Positions 26,690 to 39,580 of a stretch of DNA of 64,000 nucleotides are shown here, one piece after another. Both the position numbers and the translations under genes were made by a program. The notes under the pieces were generated by a model that did not search any database, was not told the origin of the DNA, and saw only the letters and a program-made list of their open reading frames with translations. Source of the stretch: Stegostoma tigrinum (lineage: Eukaryota); assembly GCF_030684315.1 (NCBI RefSeq), contig NC_081396.1, positions 186,001-250,000 of the forward strand, given 5' to 3'. How positions within the stretch are numbered: position 1 is the first letter of the stretch; each line of letters begins with the position of its first letter.

Positions 26690-27130
26690 AGGAGGAGGGT
26701 CGAGATAAAACCAAAAGAGAGCTTGTGGGGAAATAAAGCACTCCACACCCATCTCTCCCAAAAGATATCAAGAGCGCTGTTGCACACTGTGTGCTCTTTC
26801 TCCATGGACATCCGGGCGGGCAATCGGCCACAATGACCCCCTCCACGGCCTGCTGCCGGGAGCTACTAATGGCCAGCTTGGCCAGGCCCAGGAGCAGACC
26901 CACCAGGAAATGGTCTGGCCTTCCCGCACACCGCCCCCCCACCGCCCAGCACTGTACCAGGTCCCCAAAGATCAGGATTGTGGGGCTGAAGAGCAGCCAA
27001 AACACAAAATGAGGTCTTTGAGACAACTGAAAAGGGAATGCAAGTGCCCACACCCAATGTATACATGGTCCACAGTCTCCACAGTGCTGCAAAACAGACA
27101 GTTGGACTGGGAGATCCCCTGTTTCTCTTG
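26690..27130 (-). mobile_element. Tx1/L1-clade LINE 3' fragment
   Basis: 'CLFCSTVETVDHVYIGC' C-terminal zinc-knuckle, followed by 'FSPTILIFG...LVGLLLGLAKLAI', typical of Tx1-type ORF2 ends. Confidence 0.75.
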
Positions 27131-28964
27131 GTCAGTTAGGGTTTCGTAATTGGCCCACATCAACAACCCCAATGAAGGACCTTGTCGGCAACAAGTTCTG
27201 CCTGGTTCCAGTAACCACACAGGTCCCACTGAACTGTGTGCAGGTCCCACATTCTCTTTGGGAGTCCCATGTACCCCATTATTCCTAGCCTTCAGTTATG
27301 TCTTGCACCAGGGCACAAACGTGCAGTCTCCCTTCCCTTTATTCTTCAGCTGAAGACAAGCCTCTGCAGTTTCCCAAAGCAGGGAGTGGTAATTCTTTGT
27401 GTCTTCCATTTTGTGCTTCTGGACATCTACTAATGTGTGTGTGCACGCTGTCATTAATTTTCCACACTGTGGGGTATTCTGCTTCAACCCCTTATATCCT
27501 CGCAATCCTTTATTATGCCGTGGCTGTTTTTGTCACTTGCTGCAACTGTGTTTCCGTAGTGTTCCATCAATCATTGTACAGTCCCACACTGTAACTGTAT
27601 TTCTCTACAGGACCCTCACTTTTGGACAGTGATTCTATAGACTTCCTTCATTCTATGTACAATCCCACACTAATAGATTCCCTCCAGAATATTCTTTTCA
27701 TAAGCTAAGAGCTTTAACTTTGGACGATAACATTTTCTGTACATTAATCCAATTTCCTGTCCCTACCTTCCTTGGGCATGCTTCAGAGAAAAGTCCGAAT
27801 GTTCCTTGCAGGCTGGGGTAAGTTCTAACATGGGGCTGAAACAGTAATGTCGCAATTAGTTTCAGTTCTGCCAGTCTGTCACCTTTCAGAAAATCTATAC
27901 CTGTCTGTTGGAGCAAAGAATAGAATCAGAATTAGATTTCCATATCAGTATCAATGTACTTCTTCCGTTTAGTAACTAAGTCCCTCTGGGAGCCCCCCCT
28001 GCTCAGATTAAACCTGACTGTGATCTCTGAGAGGAAGTGGAAGGAGAAGGAACTAATCTTGATGTTATCACTGAGTTTCGAACATCTGTCAAACATTGAT
28101 CATAAACAATCATTGTGCTTCTGGAGAACCAGAGCAGTTCCTTGAGAGATTCGTGAAGGTTTCAATCTGTCTCCAGTTTTAAAAATACAAATCACATCAG
28201 CTTTTTGCTCATTGTCTGACATTATTCCTTTTCCGTGAACTTATAAACATATATCTGATATTCTACATTTGAATCACTTCTGTAACTCGTTGAACAGCGA
28301 GCACACCCAGGGAAGGAATAGTGCAGGGCAATGCAGAATACACAGTGCTGTTGGTCTGGCTGAATTGCATCAACACTTTTACAAACATTCATTCACACAG
28401 AAAAGGTTCATATAATTTGTGAGAAAGGTCCTGGAGCCCTTCCTGAAAAATGTAACAGAAAAAAATCAACAACAAATATGACAAATTGCAGTCAGAATGG
28501 AAGTAAAAATTCTTGACGAACCAGATTGAATTCTTTGAAAAGGTATGAGGAAGGGTACATGAGGTTAATGCAATAGATATACAGAAACACACTTGCGTTT
28601 ACAAAAGACCTGCTAGATGACATTACATTGCAAAGACCAAACTGTGTGAATCTGCGGACAACAGTGGGATAAATAACCAGCTGGCTACAAAACAGAAAAC
28701 TGTGAATTCTGGTAAAAGGATGCTAATCGGGTTGGCAAATGCTGGAAAGTGATGTTGTTTACCATTCACAGAAACAACTTTAACTTTGGATTTGTCGGAG
28801 ATACTGTTAATTCTACCGGTGTAACGTGCTAATCAGACACAGCACACATTATCAGAGGAGGTGATGCTGCATCACATGATGTTTGTATTGCTTCTACAAC
28901 TTTGTGCAAGATGTAGACAGCACAATAAGAGATTGTAAGTAATTGTGAGTATCATTGTTCACTC

Positions 28965-29115
28965 TGAATATAAACCCACAACTACCTCGATTAGATTTCT
29001 GCCTGAAACTCACTCCTGGCTACCTGTTACTCTGTATATAAACCACCCTAGAATTCCTCGATTAGATTCCTCCCTGTTACTCATTCCCGGGTATTTGTTA
29101 TTCAGTACATAAACC
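28965..29115 (+). repeat. About 70-bp tandem repeat, 2+ degenerate copies (TATAAACC...CCTCGATTAGATT...ACTCACTCC...TGTTA)
   Basis: CCTCGATTAGATT and TAAACC recur at about 70 bp spacing. Confidence 0.7.
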
Positions 29116-29149
29116 AACACAAAGTAAAAAAAGTTGAGCCTATGTCAAA

Positions 29150-29874
29150 ACGTGTGAAGTGACTCATTTTGGAATGTCAAATTTGAGTGCAGAATACAGG
29201 GTTAATGGCAGGATTCGTGGCAGTATGTTGGAACAGACGGATCTTGGGGTCCACGTGTGTTGGCTTTCATTGGCAGGGGAATTGAGTTGAAGAGCCGTGA
29301 GGTTATGTTGCAGCTGTATAAAACTCTGTTTAGATCCCACTTGGAAAACTGTGTTCAGTTCTCGTGACCTCATTGTAGGAAAGAGATGGAAGTTTTAGAG
29401 AGGGTGCAGAGGAGATTTACCAGGATGCTGCATGGACTGGAGGGCAGGTCTTATGAAGAAAGTTTGAGAGAGTTATGGCTTTTCTCATTGGAACAAAGAA
29501 GGATGTGAGGTGACTTGATAGAGGTGTACAAGATGTCGAGAGGCATCGATAGAGTGGATAGTTGGAGACTTTTTCCCAGGGTGGAAATGACTATTATGAG
29601 GGGGAATAATTTTAAGGTGATTGGAGAAAGGTATAGGGGAAATGTCAGAGGTAGGTTCTTCACGCAGAGAGTGGTGGGCGTTTGGAACTTGCTGTCGGCA
29701 ATGGCAGTGGTGTCAGATACTTCAGAGACTTTTATGCGACCCTTGGATAGGCACATGGAGGATAGTAAAATGTAGGGGATGCAGGGTAGTTTGATCTTAG
29801 TAGGATAATAGGTTGGCACAACATGGTGGGCCGAAGGCCCTGTGCTGTGTTTTACTGTTCTATGTTCTATGTTC
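29150..29874 (+). mobile_element. CR1 LINE 3' end running into the gap at 29875-30130
   Basis: 'IEVYKMSRGIDRVD...FFTQRVVGVWNLL' and a (TGTTCTA)n tail. Confidence 0.9.
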
Positions 29875-30354
29875 NNNNNNNNNNNNNNNNNNNNNNNNNN
29901 NNNNNNNNNNNNNNNNNNNNNNNNNNNNNNNNNNNNNNNNNNNNNNNNNNNNNNNNNNNNNNNNNNNNNNNNNNNNNNNNNNNNNNNNNNNNNNNNNNNN
30001 NNNNNNNNNNNNNNNNNNNNNNNNNNNNNNNNNNNNNNNNNNNNNNNNNNNNNNNNNNNNNNNNNNNNNNNNNNNNNNNNNNNNNNNNNNNNNNNNNNNN
30101 NNNNNNNNNNNNNNNNNNNNNNNNNNNNNNCTATAGCCGAAGTCAAAAGCACCCTCACTTACACACAATGACACATCCAACAATGAGGAAAGTTAGTGGT
30201 GAGCTGCTCTTTATTGTTGGAGAACGAGAGGAGAAGCTGTTTGGGAGGGCTTTCTGTGGTGATACAAGCATTTAGTGATACAATAGCTGACGTGTCTGTG
30301 CGGCTAAGTGTCTGTGAGTGTGCGTTGGATTTGTCTGCGGGGTGGGGGAGGTGG

Positions 30355-30620
30355 TGTTTGAGAGTGTGAGAATGTGTGTGTGTGTGTGTGAGTGTGTGTG
30401 TGTTTGTGTGAGAGAGAGGCAGAAAGGGCGAATGTGGTGAGAGACAGTGAGTGTGTGTGAGAGAGAAATGGAAAGCATGTGTGTTTGACAGTGAGAAATA
30501 GAGAGTGTATGTGAGAGAGTGAGTGAGTGTGAAAAAGAGGAAGTTTGAGAGAAAGACTGGATACATGTGTGAGAGTGTGTATGTTTGTGAGAGAGTGTGA
30601 ATGTTCATGGCTGTGAGTGA
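30355..30620 (+). repeat. (TG)/(GA) compound microsatellite
   Basis: Directly visible. Confidence 0.85.
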
Positions 30621-31439
30621 GAATCAGTGAATGGCACATGGAGGAGGAAGCGGCCATTCCACCCTTCAGGACTTCACAAAATTGAATATGATTCATAAAC
30701 TCAATATTCTTGATTTTCCTGATGTTATATCTCTGTCAAACGTGAAGCATTTGAATGACATTGTTTGAAGGGGTTTATTTGAGACACTTAATCTGGTGAG
30801 CTCAACCAAACTGAATCAATTTAAAATTTTCTAAATGCCCTTTTCCAAATTCAAAGTTGGTTCAATGAGGTTAATGTTTCTCTTAACTGAGCAGATTGCA
30901 AATATTCTGTATCAGCACATCAATAATTCAAGCATTGTACCAGGCCAGAGTTAACCTGCCTGTTTCAATCTTTGAACAAATGTTGGCAGTTAACTGTCTG
31001 CCCTTAATAAATGTTGCACTCTCCAAAGCGACACCTCTACCAATCAGGGTTTGTTTGCCAATCACTCGGAGTCCTCCTCTCATACAGTATCAATGTTATT
31101 TCTCTTTATTTCGGTCTCTCTTGTGAATAGTCCTGATGAGTGCCAGATGACAAGTTTTAACAAAATGTGTCTGTTTCAGCTGGACTCAACTTTTGAGTTT
31201 ATTGATGAACACTTGGTGAATGGATGGATCTTTTTGTTCAATGTGTAATGTATAGAAAGTATACAAGTGCTCATATTGGGAGCTGGATGAATCAGGTAAA
31301 TTTACGTTGTAAACCATGGAGAAGTGGGACAAGAGAAAGACAGTGCACTTTTCTCATCGCAGTCATAACATAAGAGTCACCGTGGGATACCTGATGCCAC
31401 AAACATGTAATTGGAAGGAAGGGAATAAAAACTGCAAAA

Positions 31440-34420
31440 GGATGAGTGACTTTGGCAGTTACGAAAACCTTTCTTGAGATGGGCATTTAACCCCTGAGTG
31501 GTAGACAAGAAATAACCAGGGCTCAGCTGTTGGAATTGGCAGAGAAGTTGAAGTGAGGATTAAATGTCTCTACCTGGAAAGCAGACATAATTGAGGTAAT
31601 AGCACAACATTTGAAACTGGCAAAGAGGCAAGTTAATACAACTGGTAAGTGAATTGAATTATTGAGACTTTAGTTGCTGATGGAGCACTTGAACATGAAA
31701 ATGAAATGGGAACTCTCAAGCTTCCAGTGAGGGAAAAGGAAAATGAAAAGAAAACAAAGAATGAGCACTTCAGAGAGAAGAAAGGGAAAGAAAGAGTTAA
31801 AGACAATTGAAACTGGAGCATTGACATTCAGAGGGATCTGAGTTTACAAGTCTACAGATGCCTGAAAATGGTAACACAGGTGGATAAGGTGGTCAGGAAG
31901 GCATACAGCAACCTTGCTTTCACTGTCCTCAAGAAGGGCCCCACCCAAAATGTTGACATCTCCTTTCATCCAGATGCTACCTGGCTTGCTGTGTTCTTCC
32001 AGTTTCCTGTTTGTCCACAGTGAATATGAAAGTTTGTATGTTACAGCTGTACAAAACTTTAATAAGGCTACTGGTTTAGTGAGGTTTCTGCAATATTGTG
32101 TGCATGTTAGCAACAGTTAAGGTCTATTTTGATGGACACATGAATGGGAGGTGAACAGCGGGATAGAAACTGCACATGGGCAATGAGTAGTGGGTCTAAA
32201 TGAGGACTAGAATCAATGTGGGCTGGGTGGGCTGAGAGGCCTGTTCTTGTGCTATATTGAATTGTCTTGTTGTTGGAATCCTAATGCAGGAGAACAAAAA
32301 TTAAAGAGAATTGAACAGTGAAACAGAGGCGAGGCAGGAGAAAGCAAAAGGGCATCTGAGTTTTAAAGCTGAAATGGAGAAGGAGGACGCTGAGACTCTG
32401 ACGAGCTTTCCAGTGGGGAAGCATCTACATTTAACCCAAGAGTAAGTGGGAAAGTTTATCAATTTGGGAAAGCCTTTCTGAATTTTGATGAAAGGGACAT
32501 AGAAGCATTTTTGATTTTTTGGAAAACACAGCCAAACAGATGAGGAGGCCAACAGATAACTGGGCATTGCTTGTGTAAAGCAGACTGATCGGAAGAACTC
32601 ATGTGGCTTTCACCTTGCTTCCTGAGGCGGGTTCTATAGATGTCGAGGTGACAAAAATGACAACTTTTAACACAAGACTTTGTCTCTGAGGCTCACAGGC
32701 AGATATTTCATAATATCCAGAAGCAGTCTATGCAGGCTTATGGAGAATTTGAGAGGGTAAAGAAAACTAATTTTGGTCCTTGGATGCAGACATTAAAGTT
32801 GGAGATGATCTAGGAGACTCTTTGGAATTAATTCCTTGAGAATTCCTAATTCCTTAATTATTTACTCTCTTTCTCCTCACATAGAGAATCAGATAATTGC
32901 AAAACCAGAGAGGCAACTGAGATCTAAGAGGAAAAATCCAGATTAAAAAAAGTAGGAAGTTTTGGAAATGAATGTACTGGTAGTATTGGAGCACTGTTCT
33001 GAATGAAACAAAACAAGTCAGACCAGTATACATCATTTGTAACTTTCACTGTTTTTTTTCACTCCTCGAATGATTGACAGTTCCATATGGTCCACAAATT
33101 AAATAATATCTTTCCTGTCAATATCACAAATCTGAGGAGGACTGAATGTGGGAGGACAAAAGGAAGACAATTAGCATGGGACAAGGACGGTCAGCTGGGA
33201 ATCTCTCAGAAACATTTCCTCAGTCCAGGAGGAAAGGTGCTCGGGGTGGAAATGATATCCCATTTTCCATTGTTGGAAGGTGGAACATGCTCGTGAAAAT
33301 ATCTGGAAGTTGTGGGGTAAATCAATGGGATTTATAGTGGTCCACAAAATCGATGCAAAGTATCGAGCCCTGGCTGAGTGTACTCCAGGCCAGGTTGTAG
33401 CTCTGATTGTAGCTGAAAGGCCAGATACAACGTACACCTGAGAGTTAAATTGCATTTCTTGTCAAACTAAAAAGGAACTCCATATTCCTTACATGAGGAA
33501 GTTGAAAATGCAGCCACACTGGGGAAGACAGGAGCCATTCAACCTCTTGTACCAGTGAACAGTATAACATTTCCATCAAAGAGTTCACTGGATGCCAAAG
33601 TTTTAATAAATGGTATTGACAGGGTATATACGAGCTCACTTTTGAGAAAGTAGATCTCTGGGCCAGGAAATCTACATTCAATTCCTGCAGGTTCCAAAGA
33701 TGTGTTATGACATGTTCGAGCAGCTTGACGACAAGCTGACATTGCTATCAGGTGCACCTGGATTGTGATCTAATGTCTGGGCCGGTAACTGTAGGCACAG
33801 TCTATAGCTTGTCTGTAGACAGAGTATGCATATTCCATCGTTCACCTGGAGACAGAGGTAGATACAGTCTGTAGTCTGCCTGGAGACAGAGGTCGGTGTA
33901 GTCCACTGTTTCCTGGAGACAGAAGTAACATAGTCCACATTTGTCTCTAGGTATCGGCAGGTGCAGCCCATGCTAGGCCTGTATTCGGAGTTGACCGATT
34001 CCTGGGGGTGATTTGGCCTGGATAGAAGTAGCAGCTTCTCTCGTCATCACTGAAAGCTCGGTGAGGTTAAGGAGATGGAGCAGTTACAGGAAAAGGTCAA
34101 AGAATTTATCCTTGATGTATAATAAGAATGTGTAAGGCAACCTTTTTCCTTGCCAGGTCTTCACAGGGATGTAATACAGTTTTGTAAAACAACCACATAA
34201 GCCAGATCATTGGAATACCGCAATCTGCACTCAAACTGTAACCCTCTAACTGTCATTCCAGGTTTTAAGGCAGGGTGTTAGTGGACTATGTGAGATCTTC
34301 ACTGAAAACCAAGGCAGGCCACCAGCATATCCTTACTCCTGTGGATATATACGGTTCTACAGTTCCCAAAAACTGTTCCCTTGAGAACAATTACTGTTAA
34401 TCTCGTGAGAGTGGTCGATT
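31440..34420 (+). mobile_element. Decayed Gypsy (Gmr1-like) LTR retrotransposon relic: gag and integrase fragments, with insertions
   Basis: Gag-like 'FDERDIEAFL...WALLV' at about 32480-32800. Integrase-like 'PGLHRDVIQFCKT...VDYV..LKTKAGHQHILT..D...FPKTVPLRTIT' at about 34150-34400. Frameshifted; a CR1 piece lies at about 31830-32260. Confidence 0.7.
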
Positions 34421-34477
34421 CAGTTCTTCACTTGATATTGTGATGAAGGTCATGATATATAAAGAAGAGTGCTGTCA

Positions 34478-34800
34478 TGGTAATGTCAGTGGACTCCAAA
34501 CCCAGAACTTCAGGCTCATGTTCTGCGGACATGAGTTTGAATCCTATTGTGGCAGATGGTGAATTCAATGTAAATCTGGAATAAAAATCTGGCCTAATGG
34601 TGACCGTGCAATGATTATCATAAAAACCCGTCTGGTTCCTTTTGGGACGGAAATCTACCATCCTCACCTGGTGTGGTCTGCACATGATTCCTGATCCACA
34701 GCATTCTAGATGGCCCTTGACTGCGTTCTGGACAAGTCGGGATAGGCAATAAACACTGGCCTTGTCAGTGGCTCCCACATACGAAGAATAAACAAAAACA
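34478..34800 (+). mobile_element. SINE (SacSINE/Deu-domain-like) with LINE-derived tail
   Basis: tRNA-like head (GGTAATGTCAGTGGACT...GAGTTTGAATCC), core GGAAATCTACCATCCTCACCTGG, tail GGCAATAAACACTGGCC. Confidence 0.7.
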
Positions 34801-35179
34801 AAATTGTTCGTGTAGTTTGGAAGCCTGGGCCCTAGACTGGATAGAACATATACAGCTTTATGTTTGAAGTGTATTGGTATTCAGAAGGAAAGGGCATCCT
34901 TTTAGTTTCATTTTTGAGCCCCATGAGTTGCACTGTGTTGTCTGGTGTTTAATTTATATTCTCCTGAATTAGGTCATTAAAGCACCTGAGGTGAACATGG
35001 TAGCGCATCTGGAATAGAGATAAAAGTAAAAAAAAAGTCTTCTGCTGTTTCAGATTAATAAGGTGTTGTGTGACTCAGAATGGCGGAAAGACAGAACCAT
35101 TCAGCACATCAGGAAGAGTGTGCAGTTTCCATCAGAGAGAAGCGTGTCATTCAAAGAGGAATGGCCTGCAATGTTAATT

Positions 35180-36660
35180 GTGAAATTGGCACAAGAGCAG
35201 GCTGTTCAGCTCCTTGAGCTTGTTTTGTCTTTCTGGATCATGGCTGATCATTTACCTCACTGCCACATTCCCCTTGTGTCCCCTTATCCCTTCATGACCT
35301 TTGTATCTCGGAACCCATCAATCTCTCTCTGGAACTGAATTAATGACTGAGCTGTCACAGCCTTTGGGGAAGAGAATTCCAAAGATTCATCACCCACTAT
35401 GTGAATAGATTCCTCCTCCTCTCAGTCCGAAAAAGCTGGCGTTTTATTCTGAGGTGTGTCCCCAGGTTCCACTGGAAGCCAGAGAAGTCTCATTGGACTT
35501 AGTCTGGGTATGGGGAGGATCTGTCTGATGAGGAGAGGTTGACTAGGTTGTGCTTGTACACATAGGAATTTAAAAGAATGAGGGGGATGACCTGATTGAA
35601 ACACACAGAAGTCTTAGAGGACCTGAGAAGATAGATGCAGGAGGCTGTTTTTACTTGTAGGATATTCTAGGATGACAGGGCATAATCTCCATAAGATGTA
35701 ACAGCAGAAGTAAGCCATTCAGCACATCAAGTCTCCTCTGCCATCGAGTGAGATCGCGGATGTTTTATTAATCCTACATTTCATATGAAGGTTCAGTTAT
35801 TTAAGACAGAGATGAGGAGGAATTTCTTCTCTCAGACAATATTGAATCTCAGTATTTCTTGACCACACAGGACTGTTGAGGCTGGGTCATTAAGTATCTT
35901 TAAGGCTGAGATAGATGTTTGACCAGTACAAAAATTGAGTATCTTGGGGAAAAGGCAGGAAAGTGGATTTGAGCGTGATCAGATTCGTCATGATCTCATG
36001 GGAATGGTGGACCACTCAATGGGCTGAATGGCCTATTTCTGCATCACTGCCTTATGGAGTTCTTAGTCAGTGCATTGAGCATAGGAGTTGGGACAACATG
36101 TTGCAGTTGTACAGGACGTTGGTGAGGCCACATTCAGAACACTTCATTCATTACTGGCCTCCCTGCTATTGGAAGGATGTGATGAAACGTGAAAGAGTTC
36201 AGAAAGAATTGACAAGAATGCTGCTGGGATTGGAGGGTTTGAGCGATAGGGAGATGCTGAATTGGCTGGGGCTTTTTTCCCTGGAGCATGACACCTTACA
36301 GGTGTTTAAAAAATCATTAGTGGCATGAATAAGATGAATTCTTAAGGTCTTTTTCCCAGGGTTGGGGAGTCCAAAACAAAAAAGCATAGGTCTAAGGTGA
36401 GAGGGGAACCATTTAAAAGGGATATGAGTGGCAAATTTTCATGCAGAGGGTGATGTGTGTAAGGAACGAGCTGCCAGGGAATTGGTGGAAGGGGTACAAT
36501 GACAATATTTAAAAGGTATGTGGATGGGTACATGAATAAGGAGGGTTTATAGGGATATGAGCCAAATACGAGCAACTGGGAATAGATTAATTTAGGATAT
36601 CTGGTCAACATCGATGAGTTGGACCGAAGGGTCTTTTCCATGCCAAATGACTCGATGGTC
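35180..36660. mobile_element. Patchwork of CR1 3' fragments in both orientations
   Basis: 'LQLYRTLVRPHSE...ERVQKELTRML' (ORF 35963) and adjacent CR1 3' UTR pieces. Confidence 0.75.
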
Positions 36661-39249
36661 TTACTAATCTCTTTGTGTCCCACACGAACCACTAGATCCT
36701 TGGATATTATTCACTGCAGGGACATGCTTGTGTTTTGATCTATGAATCCTTATTTAGTTTCTCTGACATGTCTCTGTATTGATTTGATTTATTGTTGTCA
36801 CTTCTGGAGATACAGTTAAATGTGTTGTTTTTCTTGCTCTACAGGTGGATCGTAAAATACAAAGTGCATCAGGGCCACAGAATAGAGTGCTGAATGCAGT
36901 GATACAACAGCAGAGAAAGTGCAAAGAGAGAGATCAACATTAGCTTTTGAGAGGCCTGTTCAAACGTCCAGTAACAGTGGGGAAGAAGCTGTTGTTGAAT
37001 CTGATCGTCCTTGTGCTCCAACTTTTCTATCTTCTGCCCCACAAAAGAAGTTGGAAGTTAGTATAACTGGGGTGAGAGGGGTCTTTAATGATGTTGGTTG
37101 CTTTCCCAAGGCAGTGGGAAGTATGGATGGATCAATGGACTGAAGGCTGGTTTTGGTGATGAAGTGTCTGTAGAGTCCTGTGGTTTTGAGAAGAGCAGTT
37201 GCTATCATATATCTGCTATTACAGATTCTCTTGTCTCTGCCTACAATGGACCTACATTTGTCTTTGATAATGTTTTCCACTTTACTAACGTATAGAAACG
37301 CTTCCACCCTTTGTTACGTTCCTTGCTATTGTATACTCATATCCTATGTTCTCTTTCTCAGTTTCTTGGTCCTCCTTTGCTTAATTCTGTGTTAAGAGTT
37401 TGATACAATTGGAGTAGTTTTAGTTCTTTCTGATTTTCAACTGCGGTCAGGGAAAATTCTGGCCAGGCATCATTCAAATAACTACACAGGTCAGTCAGGA
37501 TGTACAAAGCACAAGCTCATGAGTGAATTGAGTGCAACCTTCAAGTATCATGACAGAAGTCTCACAGAAGCTGTCACATGTAACACAGAACTGGTGATGT
37601 TCACTCAGAAACAGTGGAGGCTGAACTGACTTACATCTGATTTGCAGAGCAGAGGGAGATGAAACCCAAGAAGACCATCGAGCAGTTTTAAGGTGGAGGT
37701 AGATTGATCTTGACAAACGAGGGAGTCAAAGGTTGACAGAGTGAGACGGGAATGTGAATTTGATATCACAATTAACTCAGCCATAAAATTATTCAATAGT
37801 GGAGCAGGCTTGAGTGGCTGTTTAGCCTATTCCTATTCCTAATTCATCTGCTTGTCTGTTCATATTAGAGTGTAAAATCCAGAGATGAACATTCAGTTCT
37901 CATCAGTGGGCGAGGGAAAAGGAAGGCAACATATCATGTAATTCCACATGCAGAAAAAAGTTAGTCTGGCTGTTTACATCCAGAACAAAACCTCATCCTC
38001 TCTTGGCAAAGATAAAGGGGGAAGATAAGCATGGGATTGCTTCACCCGCAACAAAACCAATAAGCTGGTGATCAAAAACAGTTTCAGCGTCAAAACCCAA
38101 AACCATTCACTGTCAATGAAACAGGTGCATCTTCCACAAGTGTGGGGTGTCTGTTATTTTAGATGCCGAGAGAAGGAAAGCCCAGACCATCAAGATGACC
38201 GGAAAAGCCTGAGGAAACAGAAAAAGTGATCAAGGAAGAATGATGGGCTGTGACACGGCCATTCACAGAGTATGTATCTCCATTTCAAGATAGAGACTGG
38301 CCACAAACCCTCACGGAGTCCCTGAAATTATATGTTTGCCCAAATTTCATTGTGAGAACAACAATTCTGACTGAGGATAGTGACTAGGATGGGTTTACTG
38401 GGAAAACAGCAGGCTACTGCAAATGCTCTGTCCCTGATCCCTGAGGCAAGGCCTGATCAAGACGAAATAGCCCTTGTTGAAGATGCAGAAATCTTTACTT
38501 TCTCAGTGTGACAAAACACTGCAATTTTCACTGAAACATAACTTTTAGAATTCAGAGTTCACATTGGAAGCAAATGGATGTTGGTTACCAGAGTGAAAAG
38601 CTTTCTTTAAAAATAAGGTCAGACAGACCTTTCAGCACAGTGATTAGAACCAGTATTTGGTCAGAAAGCGGATGAAGCAGATCCCTGTACTGTTAATGCA
38701 AGATGTTTACACTGTCATGCTTGTGTCAGGTGAGGGAAATATGCAAGGCCATGAGATTTGTTCATTGATCTGAGAAATCCAGGAGGAACATTACTTTTTA
38801 ATCTACTGATAAAGCACCGGAATTAAATGCAAAAGCAAGTTTTGTTGCTCTCTCAGAAAGTATGAGGGTAGTTCAGGGAGCAAATTCTTGCAGTAGAAAG
38901 ATTTAGTTTACAAACTGTCCAGCCCAGGAGTGTTTGGTCTGCCATCTGGAGGGGCAAACTGAGAAAGGTGAAACTTTCAGGTTTGTGAAAAGTTCATGTC
39001 AGCAGAATTGGAAAGGACTGATCGAACTGTCTCGATAGCCCACTGCTACGTAACAAACTATCAGAAGTTAGTTTAGTAAAACCCTGAAGAGCTGGAATAG
39101 CAGTGTAATTTCTCTGGACTTGAGTCTCGACCAGAGATGTTGGAAACAGGCTGAAACTTTGTTGCATTGTGCTCTGTAGAATCATTTTAATTGCCTTCTG
39201 TGTGTAGTTAGTTTGATTTTTCTGAATTTCATCTTTTTGTTTTTTCATT

Positions 39250-39580
39250 AACAGGATGAGGTCATTACTGGCGAGGGCAGCATTTATGAAATGTCTCTAA
39301 TGGGCCAAAGGGTGGTCATGAGTCAGCCACATTGCTATGGGTCTGGGATACAGCGGCCAGACCAGTTAAGAATGGCAGGTTCCTTCCCGAAACGTCATTT
39401 GTGAACCAGATGTGTTTTTTCTGACAATGGATTCATGGTCATCATTAGATTCTTATTACAGATATTTATTGAATTCAAATTGCAGCATTTGCCATGGTGA
39501 GATCCAAATCCAAGTCACCAGGACATTGCCTGGGTCTCTGGATTAACAGTATCGTGATAATACCACTCAGCCATTGCCTC
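39250..39580 (-). mobile_element. SINE, same family as 34478-34800
   Basis: Reverse complement of the same head and core; similar to the copy at 59460-59810. Confidence 0.7.
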
